From: Candidatus Saccharimonadia bacterium
GTDB lineage: Bacteria; Patescibacteriota; Saccharimonadia; UBA4664
Assembly (NCBI GenBank): GCA_036488585.1
Contig: DASXHH010000014.1
Coordinates: 2,410-66,409 of the forward strand
DNA: 64,000 nt
Reading direction: 5' to 3'
A program made the position numbers and the translations under genes. The notes beneath the pieces were generated by a model. That model did not search any database and was not told where the DNA came from. It saw nothing but the letters and a program-made list of their open reading frames with translations. Positions 44,795 to 55,116 of this stretch are shown here, in pieces. Each line of letters opens with the position of its first letter. Position 1 is the first letter of the stretch.

Positions 44795-45616
44795 ATGAAG
44801 ATTGATGACGGATTCGTGGCAGTGCGGACCAGCGAATATGCGAGAACACCGGTGAGCAGCAGTATGTTTGCGCACAGAGCCGATGAGATTTTGAATCTGG
44901 TAACGCATTTGCGGGCAGAATTGGGACTGCATGAAGCCCTGAACGTGGCGATCGAGCGGTTTGTGGATGACGAGCCGCATCCGGAGATGAAGCGCTTTGG
45001 TGAAGTGGTGGTGCTGGCCCGGCGGCAAGCGTTGTTGCAGGAACGGTTAGATGACGACCGTGAGCAGCTGCACAGCGGTGTACTTAACCACGAGGAGCGG
45101 GAGATTACCGGTCATCATTACGAGATGCTCAGACACGAGGCCTGCCGTTATAACCACTTGATGCGGGGTTTGATCGAAAACTGCGGCCATTATTTCTCGC
45201 GGGAGCAGCTGATGCGGTGGCTGACGGCGATGAGTCAGGGCCGGTCGCAGTGGGCGCGCGGGGAGGTGACCGGCGCGGTGAGCGAGCTGGCGTTGCATGC
45301 GGCATTGCAAGGGCTGCCGGAGCTGCGGGACTTGCGGTATGCGACGATCGAGGAGGATTTGGCGGGGTACGACTTCGTAGCCAGCTGGCAAGGGCGGTTG
45401 TTAACGGTGGATGCCAAAACCGGCTTTTACCGGCCGCTTACCGAGCGCAAGCACGGGCACAAGCATCTGGAAATCTCCGTTCCGCGGGAAGCGGTGAAGG
45501 AGTTTTGGGTAACGCGCCGAGGTTTGGACGTGCTCAGGCATGAAGTTCGGCAAGCTCTGCAAAGTAGTGAATCGGTGGAGCATCACGCGCCACATCATTA
45601 CTACAAATATGCATAA
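44795..45616 (+). CDS. hypothetical protein with a putative PD-(D/E)xK nuclease-like motif set
   Basis: AVSELALHAAL ... GYDFVASWQGRLLTVDAKTG gives E, then D, then 12 residues, then D-A-K in alternating helix/strand context. Confidence 0.4.
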   Translation: MKIDDGFVAVRTSEYARTPVSSSMFAHRADEILNLVTHLRAELGLHEALNVAIERFVDDEPHPEMKRFGEVVVLARRQALLQERLDDDREQLHSGVLNHEEREITGHHYEMLRHEACRYNHLMRGLIENCGHYFSREQLMRWLTAMSQGRSQWARGEVTGAVSELALHAALQGLPELRDLRYATIEEDLAGYDFVASWQGRLLTVDAKTGFYRPLTERKHGHKHLEISVPREAVKEFWVTRRGLDVLRHEVRQALQSSESVEHHAPHHYYKYA

Positions 45617-45702
45617 CTAACGTTTGCGCGGCGAAATTTTTGTGGTAAATTTGGGCCGCGTTTTAACGCGCAGATTCCAAGGACAGTGAAAGGGGCCGAA
45701 GA

Positions 45703-46362
45703 GTGGATTCGGTTTTCATTGCTAGGCCGAACGATAAGCGTGCCATAAGGCACGTGCAGCGAGGCCTGCCGGAGCGAGTCACGACGAAGGCCGTGCTAGA
45801 GAGGCTGGGGCTGGTGACACTTCTGGTGGTAGTTAGCTGCTGGTTCCCGGCGATGTTCAGCATGGACGGTGAAGGGCCGATGGACAGCTATGTGGCTGTG
45901 CGTCTGTCCCTGCTGGTCGCGGCGTTTGAGGTACTGGCCGTGGCCGGTACACTGGTCTGGGTCGGGCGGCAGCGGCAGCTGCGGCGACAGTTTCTGCGGC
46001 TGATGGACGACGGTCGGATCGTCGAGGTCCCCGACCCGCTAGTACCGATGGTCTTGTGGGAGGCGCAGCGGGCAGGCATAAGTATGGTCGAGGCGGCATC
46101 TGGTGAGTCGGTGCCTGGTGGGGGCATATCGGTGCAGCAGGTGCTGATGCGCCACTTTGCCGGTGTCGACATGCTCGTGCAGGCACTTCGCCGCAACGAG
46201 CTAATCGGTGACTCGTTGCGGCGAAGTGCAAGCGAGGTGATAGAACTGTACGCGTGCTTGATCATGCAGACGGAGAAGGCGCTGCGGGACGGGCTAGAGA
46301 TACGCAGGCAGCTCGCCGGGCTGTGCCTGGAGCTGAACCTCCGTTCGATGCCGCAACTGTAG
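45703..46362 (+). CDS. hypothetical membrane protein (2 TM)
   Basis: TM helices LVTLLVVVSCWFPAMF and LLVAAFEVLAVAGTLVWV. The rest looks soluble. Confidence 0.4.
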   Translation: MDSVFIARPNDKRAIRHVQRGLPERVTTKAVLERLGLVTLLVVVSCWFPAMFSMDGEGPMDSYVAVRLSLLVAAFEVLAVAGTLVWVGRQRQLRRQFLRLMDDGRIVEVPDPLVPMVLWEAQRAGISMVEAASGESVPGGGISVQQVLMRHFAGVDMLVQALRRNELIGDSLRRSASEVIELYACLIMQTEKALRDGLEIRRQLAGLCLELNLRSMPQL

Positions 46363-46381
46363 AGACAAGAGGGTCTGTGAT

Positions 46382-46437
46382 GGGCGCCCGAGGGACTAGG
46401 CTGAATGGCTGATCCCTCGGGCGCCGAGATGTTTTTG
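46382..46437 (+). terminator. strong intrinsic terminator (13-bp GC stem GGGCGCCCGAGGGA/TCCCTCGGGCGCC then T5)
   Basis: The inverted repeat is visible directly and is followed by gagatgTTTTT. Confidence 0.7.
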
Positions 46438-46457
46438 CTGAAAATTATTAATAAGGT

Positions 46458-46486
46458 TTGACAGGTGGTAACGTAACTGTTATACT
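46458..46486 (+). promoter_or_regulatory. perfect consensus sigma-70 promoter (TTGACA-17 nt-TATACT) in an AT-rich island; a second TTGACA follows at 46489
   Basis: TTGACA at 46458-46463 and TATACT at 46481-46486. Confidence 0.55.
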
Positions 46487-46698
46487 TCTTGACAATATCG
46501 TACGTTGATGTGATATTTATAACCCATCGTGGAAAGAAAAGGGCAAGCCCTGCAGGCGGCGACTCTATTCCTAGCGTAATGCTAAGGATGAGTGCGCCGA
46601 TTTTTCGTATCTGGCTTCTTTAAATGATCGTTGCGGGTAGTCTGGTCTTGAGGTGGTTCAAGGCCGGATTTTCCGCAACGAAATTCGAGAGGAAATAT

Positions 46699-47049
46699 AT
46701 GAAAAGGCAGGGAAAGCTGCAGAAGACGGGTGGTCCTGGAAGTTTGTACCGGCACTTGCCGGGCGGAATTCCAAAGGACAACCCTGACCCTCCGACTGTC
46801 GACTCCATCTCGAAGTTGCTCAATTACCTCGAGTTGATCCGGACCTACCCCGGCATGAACTACGTGGAGTTGAGAAGCTTCGTTCCGCTGATGCGGAAGG
46901 TAGAAAACCCGTTGGAGGAGTTCACTCTGCTCCTTAAGGGTTTCGAGCTCGAGCTCGAGAACGACAGAGGTGCAGTGATGCGCCGTGACGATCTCGTGTC
47001 CGAACGGCCCGAGTCGCTGATGCAGGTTCTCCTGCGGATGCGGAGCTAG
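46699..47049 (+). CDS. hypothetical small protein (116 aa)
   Basis: ATG 46699 follows GAGAGGAAA. It lies downstream of the consensus promoter and an attenuator-like leader. Its codon usage differs from its neighbours (lower GC3). Confidence 0.45.
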   Translation: MKRQGKLQKTGGPGSLYRHLPGGIPKDNPDPPTVDSISKLLNYLELIRTYPGMNYVELRSFVPLMRKVENPLEEFTLLLKGFELELENDRGAVMRRDDLVSERPESLMQVLLRMRS

Positions 47050-47132
47050 CAAGCCCAAGATCGCGCCCGCAATGTGTAAGGGTATGATCCGAACGAGTAA
47101 GGTAAGTTCCGAACACGCAAGGAGAGAGTCAC

Positions 47133-47534
47133 ATGACCGCAGCAATGGACACCAACATTCGTCAGGAGCGCCGTGAGCGTATCGAGGCTCTGAGAAGGGG
47201 GTTGGATGCCAAGACTGGTCGCAAGTCGCTGGGCGAGCGCGTTGCCCTGATGCAAGAGTTCCTGACGGCGCTCAGCATGATGCCGTACGACTCGATCAGT
47301 GACGAGTTCGACATCGACATCCTGCGCGAGTGGATATGGGCCATGGCCGCAACCGGCGGGTTCTTTACCCGCTCGGGTGTCGCCGAGCTGGCTCGCTACC
47401 TGAAGGTCCTGGAGCCGCACTTCGTTGGGGCCCCGACCTCCTACTTCCGTCCGGGCTTCGTACGGCTGGTCATGGAGGAGCTTGGTGCCGCGGAGGCGCT
47501 GCTCGCAGAGACGCGCCAGCCCATGCCGGCTTGA
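47133..47534 (+). CDS. hypothetical small protein (133 aa)
   Basis: ATG follows AAGGAGAG. No homology recognised. Confidence 0.45.
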   Translation: MTAAMDTNIRQERRERIEALRRGLDAKTGRKSLGERVALMQEFLTALSMMPYDSISDEFDIDILREWIWAMAATGGFFTRSGVAELARYLKVLEPHFVGAPTSYFRPGFVRLVMEELGAAEALLAETRQPMPA

Positions 47535-47684
47535 TCGCCGACAACACGATGGGGCCTAGGGTCCGGCGGAACTGTCTGCTCAGTAGAGTGGACACCCGCC
47601 GGGCCCAGCCCGAACCCCGCAAAGACGGGGTGTTTTTGTGTTTAGACAGATTGGGGCATAATGGATGGCGAAGGAGACTCTAGA

Positions 47685-48719
47685 ATGCTGGATAAGGCTG
47701 ATTTTATTGCGCGTTATGACAAGGAAGATGTGCTGGGAGTGATGGTGCGGCTGCCGGAGCAGTTGCAGTACGAGTTCTCGGAGGTTGAAGGACTGACGGA
47801 GCTAGGAAAGCCGGCCAACATTGTGCTCGCGGGAATGGGCGGCTCAGCGCAGCCGGGTGAGTTTATTAAGACCTGGCTGGGCGGGCAATTGCCTGTACCG
47901 TTTGTGATTGTGCGTGATTATGCCTTGCCGGCGTTTGTGGGGTCGGACACGCTGGTGATTGCTTCGAGTTACTCTGGTAACACCGAGGAGACGCTGGCGG
48001 CGCTCAAGGAGGCCGAGAGCCGGGGGGCCAAGGTGGTGGTGATGACTTCGGGCGGCAAGCTGCTCGAGGCAGCAAAGGAAGGTGGCCACCCGGCGTTTGT
48101 GCTGCCGGCCGACTTCCAGCCACGGATGGCGGTGCTGTACGCAGTGCGGGCGCTGACGACGATGCTCGAGCGGCTGGGTCTGGTGACCGGAGCGCTGCAG
48201 GAGCTGGCTATGTCGGGCAAATGGTTGGGAGAGCAGAACCTGGCGCAATGGGGGGTCGAGAGCCCGCAGGCCGATAACGCGGCTAAGCAGATCGCGAGCG
48301 AGTTGGTGGGGCATCCGGTGGTGGTATACGCGGGCCCGGCGCTGGCATTCGCGGCAATGAAATGGAAGATCGCGTTTAACGAGAACGCCAAGAACATTGC
48401 GTTTTACAATTATTTTCCGGAGTTAAATCACAACGAGTTTATTGGCTGGACGCATCCGGAGCAGAGCGGGTTAAAGGTGGTGGAGCTGCAATCGAGCTTA
48501 GACCACCCGCGGGTGCAGAAGCGCTTTGAGGTGAGTAACCGATTGTGGTCGAACGTGTTTGCGCCAGTGGAGGTGAAGGCGGTAGGCGAGACCAAGCTCG
48601 AACAATTGGTGTGGGTGATTGCGCTGGGTGAGTTTGTGGCCACGTATTTGGCCATACTTAACCAGGTGGACCCGATGCCAGTAGCTCTAGTGGAGCAGCT
48701 CAAGAAAGACCTAGGCTAG
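47685..48719 (+). CDS. bifunctional phosphoglucose/phosphomannose isomerase (SIS domain)
   Basis: The SIS motif NIVLAGMGGSAQPGEF and the overall pattern of the PGI/PMI family. Confidence 0.7.
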   Translation: MLDKADFIARYDKEDVLGVMVRLPEQLQYEFSEVEGLTELGKPANIVLAGMGGSAQPGEFIKTWLGGQLPVPFVIVRDYALPAFVGSDTLVIASSYSGNTEETLAALKEAESRGAKVVVMTSGGKLLEAAKEGGHPAFVLPADFQPRMAVLYAVRALTTMLERLGLVTGALQELAMSGKWLGEQNLAQWGVESPQADNAAKQIASELVGHPVVVYAGPALAFAAMKWKIAFNENAKNIAFYNYFPELNHNEFIGWTHPEQSGLKVVELQSSLDHPRVQKRFEVSNRLWSNVFAPVEVKAVGETKLEQLVWVIALGEFVATYLAILNQVDPMPVALVEQLKKDLG

Positions 48720-48809
48720 CGCTCTAGAAAAATTAAGCCTAAATATAGCAAGGGCCCCGCTGCGCAGTGTGCGCGGCAGGGCCCGAGCCGTAGAAGGGTG
48801 TGGTGGTGG

Positions 48810-49847
48810 CTAGAGGTAATCCCGGAGCAGCTCGGTCCGCTGGGGGTGTCTGAGCTTGAGCATGGTCTTGCCTTCGATCTGGCGGATTCGTTCCCGGGTG
48901 ACACCGTAGACCTTGCCGACCTCGTCAAGAGTCTTCGGCTGACCGTCGTCCAAGCCGAACCGCATGGATATGACTCCGGCTTCACGGTCCGACAGGCCGT
49001 CGAGGATTTGGCGAAGCTTGTCCTGGAGGTCGCGAAACCCTGCGCATTCGGCAGCATTGACCGCGTCGGCGTCCTCGATGAGGTCGCCGAGCTCCTGGGC
49101 TCCGTCCTCGCCAATAGGCGTGTGCAGGGATATTGGTTCGCGAGCGCATTCCAGAAGTTCATCGACCCGCTCGGGGCTCATGTCAAGCTCGGCGGCTAGC
49201 TCTTCGGCGGTTGGCTCGTGGCCAAGCTCCTGGAACATCTGGCGTTGGACGCGCTGGAGTTTGTTAATGATCTCCAGCATGTGCACTGGGATGCGAATGG
49301 TGCGAGCGTAGCTGGCGATTCCGCGGGTGATGGCCTGTCGGATCCACCAAGTGGCGTAGGTAGAGAACTTGTAGCCCTTGGTGTAATCGAACTTTTCGAC
49401 GGCGCGGATGAGGCCGAGGTTGCCCTCCTGGATGACGTCTAGGAAGAGCAGTCCTCTGTCGGTATAGCGCTTGGCGATGGATACCACGAGTCGAAGGTTG
49501 GCTTCGAGCATGTGGTTCTTGGCACGCCGGCCGTCTTCGGCGATCCACTCCAAGTCGACCCGGAGGCTTGCGGAGACACCGCCGAAATCGCCGTTGAGCT
49601 TCATTTCGGCGAGTAGTCCCGCTTCGATGCGCTTGGCCAGCTCGACCTCCTGCTCGGCGTTGAGCAGGCTTACTGTACCGATGGATTTCAGGTAAAGCCG
49701 AACCAGATCGTCGAACTGAGAGCCTTGACCATTAGCGCGGGCTTCCGAGGCGGATTCTTCTAGGAGCGCTTCGAAATCTTCATCGCTGAGCGCATCGTCG
49801 TCGGGGATATTATCCTCGACTATGGCCGTTGGGGCCATGTTGGCCAC
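48810..49847 (-). CDS. RNA polymerase sigma-70 family factor (group 1/2-like paralog, 345 aa)
   Basis: Region 1.2 ([27 protein letters not shown]), region 2 ([39 protein letters not shown]), region 3 and region 4 ([15 protein letters not shown]...[20 protein letters not shown]). Confidence 0.9.
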   Translation of the reverse strand: MANMAPTAIVEDNIPDDDALSDEDFEALLEESASEARANGQGSQFDDLVRLYLKSIGTVSLLNAEQEVELAKRIEAGLLAEMKLNGDFGGVSASLRVDLEWIAEDGRRAKNHMLEANLRLVVSIAKRYTDRGLLFLDVIQEGNLGLIRAVEKFDYTKGYKFSTYATWWIRQAITRGIASYARTIRIPVHMLEIINKLQRVQRQMFQELGHEPTAEELAAELDMSPERVDELLECAREPISLHTPIGEDGAQELGDLIEDADAVNAAECAGFRDLQDKLRQILDGLSDREAGVISMRFGLDDGQPKTLDEVGKVYGVTRERIRQIEGKTMLKLRHPQRTELLRDYL

Positions 49848-49960
49848 CTCCTGGGTGTCTCCTAGTTGGGTAGGTTTTCAAACAGGCTTGAATTCTTCTT
49901 ACGGCTTTTCAGCTGATCTAAACGATACAATAAATTATTGAGTTTAGCAATGAGTTGTAT

Positions 49961-51223
49961 CTATTCGGCTTTGAGAGCCTGAATGGGGTGTTTGCGAGCT
50001 GCCTTGATGGCTGGCGCCAGGCCGAAGATGATGCCGACAGCGGCGGACACGCCGACGGCTAGTACGATGGCGGTGGGGGTGAATACGGGGGTGATCTTGG
50101 CTAGCTTGCCGGCGATGGTGGCCAGGCCCATGGCGGCCAAAATGCCGAGAGCGCCGCCAATAACGCTTAGAACCACCGCTTCGATGAGGAACTGGACGAG
50201 TACGATAGAGCTGGAGGCGCCGATGGCCTTGCGTAGGCCGATTTCGCGAGTGCGCTCGGTAACGGATACCAGCATTATGTTCATGATGCCGATGCCACCT
50301 ACGAGCAGGCTGATGCTGGCTATGGCCACGATAAAGGTGGTGAGCAGGCTGAGTACACTGTCGACGGTAGAGAGGATATCTTTTTGGGTAAGGACGGTGA
50401 AGTCGTCTTGCTTACCGTCGGTGGGATCGCCGTGGTTGTGGCGCATGGCGGTGCGAACCGCGTCGGCGGCGGTGTTAACGTTGTTGGCGTTGTCGACTTG
50501 AACAAGGATGCGCAGAATTTGAGGATTGCTGCCGGTGAAGGCCTTGGCGGTGTCGAGCGGAATGTAGGCGGCATTGTCGAGGTTAGGGCCGGCAAAGGCC
50601 TGGGCACTGGCGTCTGAGAGCTGGAGGGCACCGACGACTGTGAACTTGGTGCCGCGGATGGTGACGGTTTGGCCGACGGCGGAGGCGCTGCCAAAGAGGT
50701 CCTGCTTGGTTTGACCGCCCAACACGATCACCTTTTGGCCGTTATCTGAAGCGGATAAGAAACGATTGTTTGACTCGTTGTCGAACTTGAGGGTTTGGGT
50801 CTTGGAGAAATCAGGGGTGGTGGCGAAGAGCAGGGCGCCGTTGGAGGTGGCAGTGCCGTTGGCCAGCACGCCGGAGACGAGGCTCATAGGGGCGACGGCG
50901 GTAACGTGGCTGATTTTGGTGAGAGAATTTACATCAGTCTCGGTGAGGGTGGAGGCGCCAAGCGATGAGGCTGCGCCGCCAGCCGCGCCACCCTTCTGGC
51001 CGCTGCCGCCGAGGTTAACTTTGCCAGAGGTAACGGCGATAGCATTGGCGTTGACTACGCCGGTGATCTGGTCTTGGACGGCTTGTTTAACACCGTCGCC
51101 GATGGCCAAGATCGAAACAACGGCGGCCACGCCGATGATTATGCCGAGCATGGTGAGGAAGCTGCGAAGTTTGGCGTTGGCCAGGCTGACGAGAGCCATC
51201 TTGAGGTTTTCGTAGAACATCAT
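49961..51223 (-). CDS. ABC transporter permease, FtsX/MacB-like with a large extracytoplasmic domain
   Basis: N-terminal TM helix, a periplasmic core domain of about 220 aa and three C-terminal TM helices. This is the MacB topology. Confidence 0.8.
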   Translation of the reverse strand: MMFYENLKMALVSLANAKLRSFLTMLGIIIGVAAVVSILAIGDGVKQAVQDQITGVVNANAIAVTSGKVNLGGSGQKGGAAGGAASSLGASTLTETDVNSLTKISHVTAVAPMSLVSGVLANGTATSNGALLFATTPDFSKTQTLKFDNESNNRFLSASDNGQKVIVLGGQTKQDLFGSASAVGQTVTIRGTKFTVVGALQLSDASAQAFAGPNLDNAAYIPLDTAKAFTGSNPQILRILVQVDNANNVNTAADAVRTAMRHNHGDPTDGKQDDFTVLTQKDILSTVDSVLSLLTTFIVAIASISLLVGGIGIMNIMLVSVTERTREIGLRKAIGASSSIVLVQFLIEAVVLSVIGGALGILAAMGLATIAGKLAKITPVFTPTAIVLAVGVSAAVGIIFGLAPAIKAARKHPIQALKAE

Positions 51224-51954
51224 AGCTGGACCCTCCGGTGAGTGTGGCTGGCCGATACGCCGTTAACGTGTGGGAGGCCGGTGTCTGAAACGACGGAACC
51301 GTCACGAACGGTGACTATGCGGTCGGTCTGATCGGCGATTTCGGGGTTGTGCGTGACGATAACAATGGTGGCGTGGGTCTCGCGGTTGAGGCGGCGAAGC
51401 TCGTCGATGATGGCTTTGGAGGACTTGGTATCGAGATTGCCGGTGGGCTCGTCGGCCAGGATGAGGCTGGGGTGATTGACGAGCGCGCGGGCGATGGCGA
51501 CACGCTGGGTTTGGCCGCCCGAGATCTGGTTGGGGCGGTAGTGGGCCCGGTCTTTGAGGCCAACCAGATCAAGCAGCTTGAGGGCGCGAGTCCGGCGCTG
51601 CTTGGGCGAGACACCGGTGTAGACCAGTGGCAACTCAACGTTTTGGACCACGCTAAGGCGAGGTAGGAGATTGAAGCTTTGGAAGACAAAGCCGATCTTG
51701 TCGCGACGGAGGTGGGACAACTTGCGGTCGTTTAGTCCGGCAACCTCGGTGCCATCGATCAGGTACTGGCCTTCGGAGGGGCTGTCGAGGAGGCCGATCA
51801 GGTTCATGAGGGTGCTCTTGCCGGAGCCGGATGGGCCGATAATTGACACAAATTCACCTGGTTTGATAACCAGGTTAACGTCTTTGAGGGCGACAGTGGG
51901 GTCAGCGCGGTCGGTGAAGGTCTTGCCGACACCGCGCAGCTCGATGACATTCAT
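51220..51954 (-). CDS. ABC transporter ATP-binding protein (MacB/LolD-like)
   Basis: Walker A GPSGSGKST, Q-loop, signature ISGGQTQR and Walker B ILADEPTGNLD. Confidence 0.9.
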   Translation of the reverse strand: MNVIELRGVGKTFTDRADPTVALKDVNLVIKPGEFVSIIGPSGSGKSTLMNLIGLLDSPSEGQYLIDGTEVAGLNDRKLSHLRRDKIGFVFQSFNLLPRLSVVQNVELPLVYTGVSPKQRRTRALKLLDLVGLKDRAHYRPNQISGGQTQRVAIARALVNHPSLILADEPTGNLDTKSSKAIIDELRRLNRETHATIVIVTHNPEIADQTDRIVTVRDGSVVSDTGLPHVNGVSASHTHRRVQL

Positions 51955-52148
51955 GGCCTAAGCTTAGCATTCCTAAAGTGGTTGTGCTACCTGGTTGTTC
52001 GGGCAGTTTCGTCCTGTGGGACTCGTCAGCATAAGCAACACTTATGGACTGCCCGGGCAGGGAGGATGAACCTCCCCACCCGTAGGAGTTTATGTGGCTT
52101 TACTCCTGTGCCTTATTGTCCGGCCGGTGAGGGCCGTTCCCATCTGCG

Positions 52149-53198
52149 TTACGGCTTGACCTGGACCGTGCCGTCGGTGCCGACCAGGACGGTGCACTGG
52201 TTGTGCGCCGCTTGGCAGATTGCCTGGTCGGCGGCCACCTGGCGCGCCGCCGGGCCGTATTTGCCGAAGTCGATCTCCGCCCCCGGGATCACGTGGGTGA
52301 CGGTGATCCGGACTGGACTGCAGAGATACTGGTCCTTGCTGATGTCGGTCCATCGGCTACTCCCGGGCCCGCAGAGCAGTGAATCTGGCTGGCCTGTGAC
52401 GTTCACGAACTGGTCCGCGAAGGCGTTCGACATGGCGTCTCCCAGGTCTTGCTGCATCTTGGGGTTCTTGATTAGGTCCGAGGAGTAGTTCGCCACGAAC
52501 CGGGTCACGAGCTGGTCGAGCGTCGGTCCGATGTCCTCACCTTGCCAACGGAGCCATCCGGGGGTAGAGCTGGTGGCGCCGAGATCGGGGAGGTGGTTGG
52601 GATCGGAGACTTCGGTGGCACACTTGTACTTTGCGCAGACGCCGACCCAGAATTCCCGCATGGCGGTCTCGGATGGGTTGAGGTTCCATTGCATCCAGAG
52701 CGTGACGTACACGGGCGTCCCGTCGCTGGTGTAGGCGGGCCCATCGAGCGGGGCCGGCATTTGCCGGTCGCCGACCGTCTCTCCGATGGCGTTCTTGTCG
52801 AGGCCGGTGCCGATTCCGTAGTTGCGCGTCATGTTGCCACAACCTGGAACGAAGCGCAGGTCGAACCCGCTGGCATAGCCGAAGTCCGTTGCGGGCATGA
52901 TCGCGTAGACGAACCCGCGGCCGTTCTTGTTATTCCCGTTGTTTACGAGAATGCCACACATCCCGTCCGGGACGCTGATGTCGGCCGTGTCGTTTGATGC
53001 GACTCCGGGCGGAGCTGGCGGGTTGCCGGGGCTGGGCGGGGCGGCGACAGCATTGTTGCTACCGCCACTCGAGCTGCCATTGTCGCTGCTCGAGCTGTTG
53101 CCGCCAATACCGCTGCAGGCGGCGACAGAGACGGCGAGGGCGGCGGCGGCGACAGAGACGGCAAGGCGCCGACTTCTTTTGAGCCGTGGTCCGATCAT
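52149..53198 (-). CDS. secreted Cys-rich lipoprotein, function unknown
   Basis: Signal peptide plus lipobox (LAVSVAACSG), a Ser/Gly/Pro-rich linker and a globular domain with many Cys. The start is placed at the internal ATG 53198. Confidence 0.5.
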   Translation of the reverse strand: MIGPRLKRSRRLAVSVAAAALAVSVAACSGIGGNSSSSDNGSSSGGSNNAVAAPPSPGNPPAPPGVASNDTADISVPDGMCGILVNNGNNKNGRGFVYAIMPATDFGYASGFDLRFVPGCGNMTRNYGIGTGLDKNAIGETVGDRQMPAPLDGPAYTSDGTPVYVTLWMQWNLNPSETAMREFWVGVCAKYKCATEVSDPNHLPDLGATSSTPGWLRWQGEDIGPTLDQLVTRFVANYSSDLIKNPKMQQDLGDAMSNAFADQFVNVTGQPDSLLCGPGSSRWTDISKDQYLCSPVRITVTHVIPGAEIDFGKYGPAARQVAADQAICQAAHNQCTVLVGTDGTVQVKP

Positions 53199-53389
53199 GT
53201 GCACTCCTTCGGGGTGCGATGAGGGTTGGGAAATTGCTCGGCGTAACGTGCCGATGACGGGGTGGTGCGAGGATTCGCACCCCATAGATTGGTCGGATGT
53301 GGATCGGGCCAATTTATGAGGGGCGAATGGTGGTCGGAGGCCGGATGGGGCCTGAGTGGCGCCCGCCCGGCCTCCAGAGAGTGCCAGAG

Positions 53390-53890
53390 TTAGCAGCTGC
53401 TATTGTCCCCGGGGAGTCGGGGGCGCAGGAGTAGCCGCAGTTCAATGAAGACCTTGCTCAGCACGGTTCGTGCGACGATCGGTAGCGCTGGTAGCGCTGT
53501 CGCCCAGGTTGTCCGGGGTTCGTCTGGCGAGTAGAGCACGGGCTGTTCGAACATTGCGGGGTCGAACTGCTTCCAGATCACGCGGTAGGGCGTGTTCTGG
53601 ACGAGCTGCTGCATGAGCGGCCGGGCGGCTGTCTCGGTCTCGCCGATTACGGCAATGGCCTCGATCTGGGCTCGGGATCCCCACGGCGCTTCCTCGATGA
53701 GGTAGTTGACTAGGCTCAGGATGTGGGCTTCGTCCTCCATGTCTCCGCGGAGCAGGAGCATCGTGATGGCGTTGTCCTCGAGGAACGTCTCGGCTGCTTC
53801 GGCGGTGCGCCAGACAAGTACCTGGGCGCCGTCCCAGCCGGGATGACTGAGGTTGGGGGTGAGTGTGGGGTCGGCCAGTGCGTAAAGCAC
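53390..53890 (-). CDS. hypothetical cytoplasmic protein (166 aa)
   Basis: ORF only. Confidence 0.35.
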   Translation of the reverse strand: MLYALADPTLTPNLSHPGWDGAQVLVWRTAEAAETFLEDNAITMLLLRGDMEDEAHILSLVNYLIEEAPWGSRAQIEAIAVIGETETAARPLMQQLVQNTPYRVIWKQFDPAMFEQPVLYSPDEPRTTWATALPALPIVARTVLSKVFIELRLLLRPRLPGDNSSC

Positions 53891-54075
53891 AGGGATTCAC
53901 TCCTTTGATTGTCCGGACTAATTTTGGTTGTAAAGCGTTGCCCGTTGGGGTGGGCGGCCCTGTGTTCGAGCTTTCAAGCGGTCTGGGCTTGAGAGCTCAA
54001 GTCAGGGGGCGTAGGTCGGGCGATTGCCCGACCTACGCTGGCGCACAGGCTGAAGGTTCGCTCCCTTGGTTAGTT

Positions 54076-55116
54076 CTAGAAGGCGGCGTTTTCGAGGACG
54101 CTGGTGTCGACCTCCAGCTCGGCGCGGTTGCCCTCATTGGCCTGCTGGATGGCAGCCAGGAGGTCCCGGTCGAATTTGGAAAGTGAACCGGCGGTCGCTC
54201 GGCGGCGGGCTCGGGTATCGCCGGGCCACTCTTCGGGGTGCCGTTCCATGTCGGCATAGCCCTTCGCGACCTTCAGCGTGTGCTCGAGGTTGAATCTGGT
54301 CGAGCGGCGGGCGTCGTTCTCCTGGCTGGGAATGTTTTCGTGGACTCGGAGCAGGTAGCGCTCGGTGTGAGAGCAGATCCGCTCGATGGTCAGCTGGACA
54401 TCCTGGTCTCGGATTTGCTCGCGAACTTTGCGCAGCTGGCGGAGCAAACCCGGGATGGTGCCGGCGATCAGGCGAGGCCGGATCAGCAGGAGGTATGTGC
54501 CCGCTACCGCGAGCACTCCTACGCCAAGGAGGACCCCCAGGAAGTACGAGCCGCCGGATTGGTGGCTCGTCCCAGAACTGGTGGAACTGGCGTGGCTTGT
54601 GGTCGATGGCGTGGGAGCCGCCGGTAGGGAGCCGACACTCACGGTTTCGCTCATGAACTGGTCGAAGGTGCTGAGTATGCTCCCAGGGTCGCGGCCTGCG
54701 GTCTTGGCTTGATCCATGACGTGGTCGCTGGTGCCTTGCGGAACACCACGGCTGGCGCTGGTGACGTAGGTGGTGCCGTTGGCATCGTCCACGAACGCCA
54801 TTGCAATGATGTCACGGTGTCCGGTGAGCTGGTTGAGCTCATTCGCGAACCGCTGTCCCTGGCCGCCAGTTTCCTGAAGCGCGGTGGCGGGCAGTTCGAT
54901 CAGTGCGACCGGGTAGCCCGGCATGGTGACAACACCGGACACGGTCTGGCTGTTGTAGCCGGGCGTGTCGGGTGACACGAAGACTATCTGGCCGTGCGAT
55001 AGTGCCGCCGCTGCCTGCTCGAGGTAGCTGGTGGAGGCAGCGGCGGGCAGGCTCGCGGACGCGGCCAGAAGGCCCGCCGAGATAGCTATCGAAGAGGTCG
55101 CCAATACTCGTCTCAT
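54076..55116 (-). CDS. bitopic membrane protein: signal peptide, extracellular domain, Ser/Thr-rich linker, TM, cytoplasmic coiled-coil domain
   Basis: Starts MRRVLATSSIAISAGLLAASASLPAAA, with the TM helix YFLGVLLGVGVLAVAGTYLLLI. ATG 55116 follows GGAAGGAGAG. Confidence 0.5.
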   Translation of the reverse strand: MRRVLATSSIAISAGLLAASASLPAAASTSYLEQAAAALSHGQIVFVSPDTPGYNSQTVSGVVTMPGYPVALIELPATALQETGGQGQRFANELNQLTGHRDIIAMAFVDDANGTTYVTSASRGVPQGTSDHVMDQAKTAGRDPGSILSTFDQFMSETVSVGSLPAAPTPSTTSHASSTSSGTSHQSGGSYFLGVLLGVGVLAVAGTYLLLIRPRLIAGTIPGLLRQLRKVREQIRDQDVQLTIERICSHTERYLLRVHENIPSQENDARRSTRFNLEHTLKVAKGYADMERHPEEWPGDTRARRRATAGSLSKFDRDLLAAIQQANEGNRAELEVDTSVLENAAF

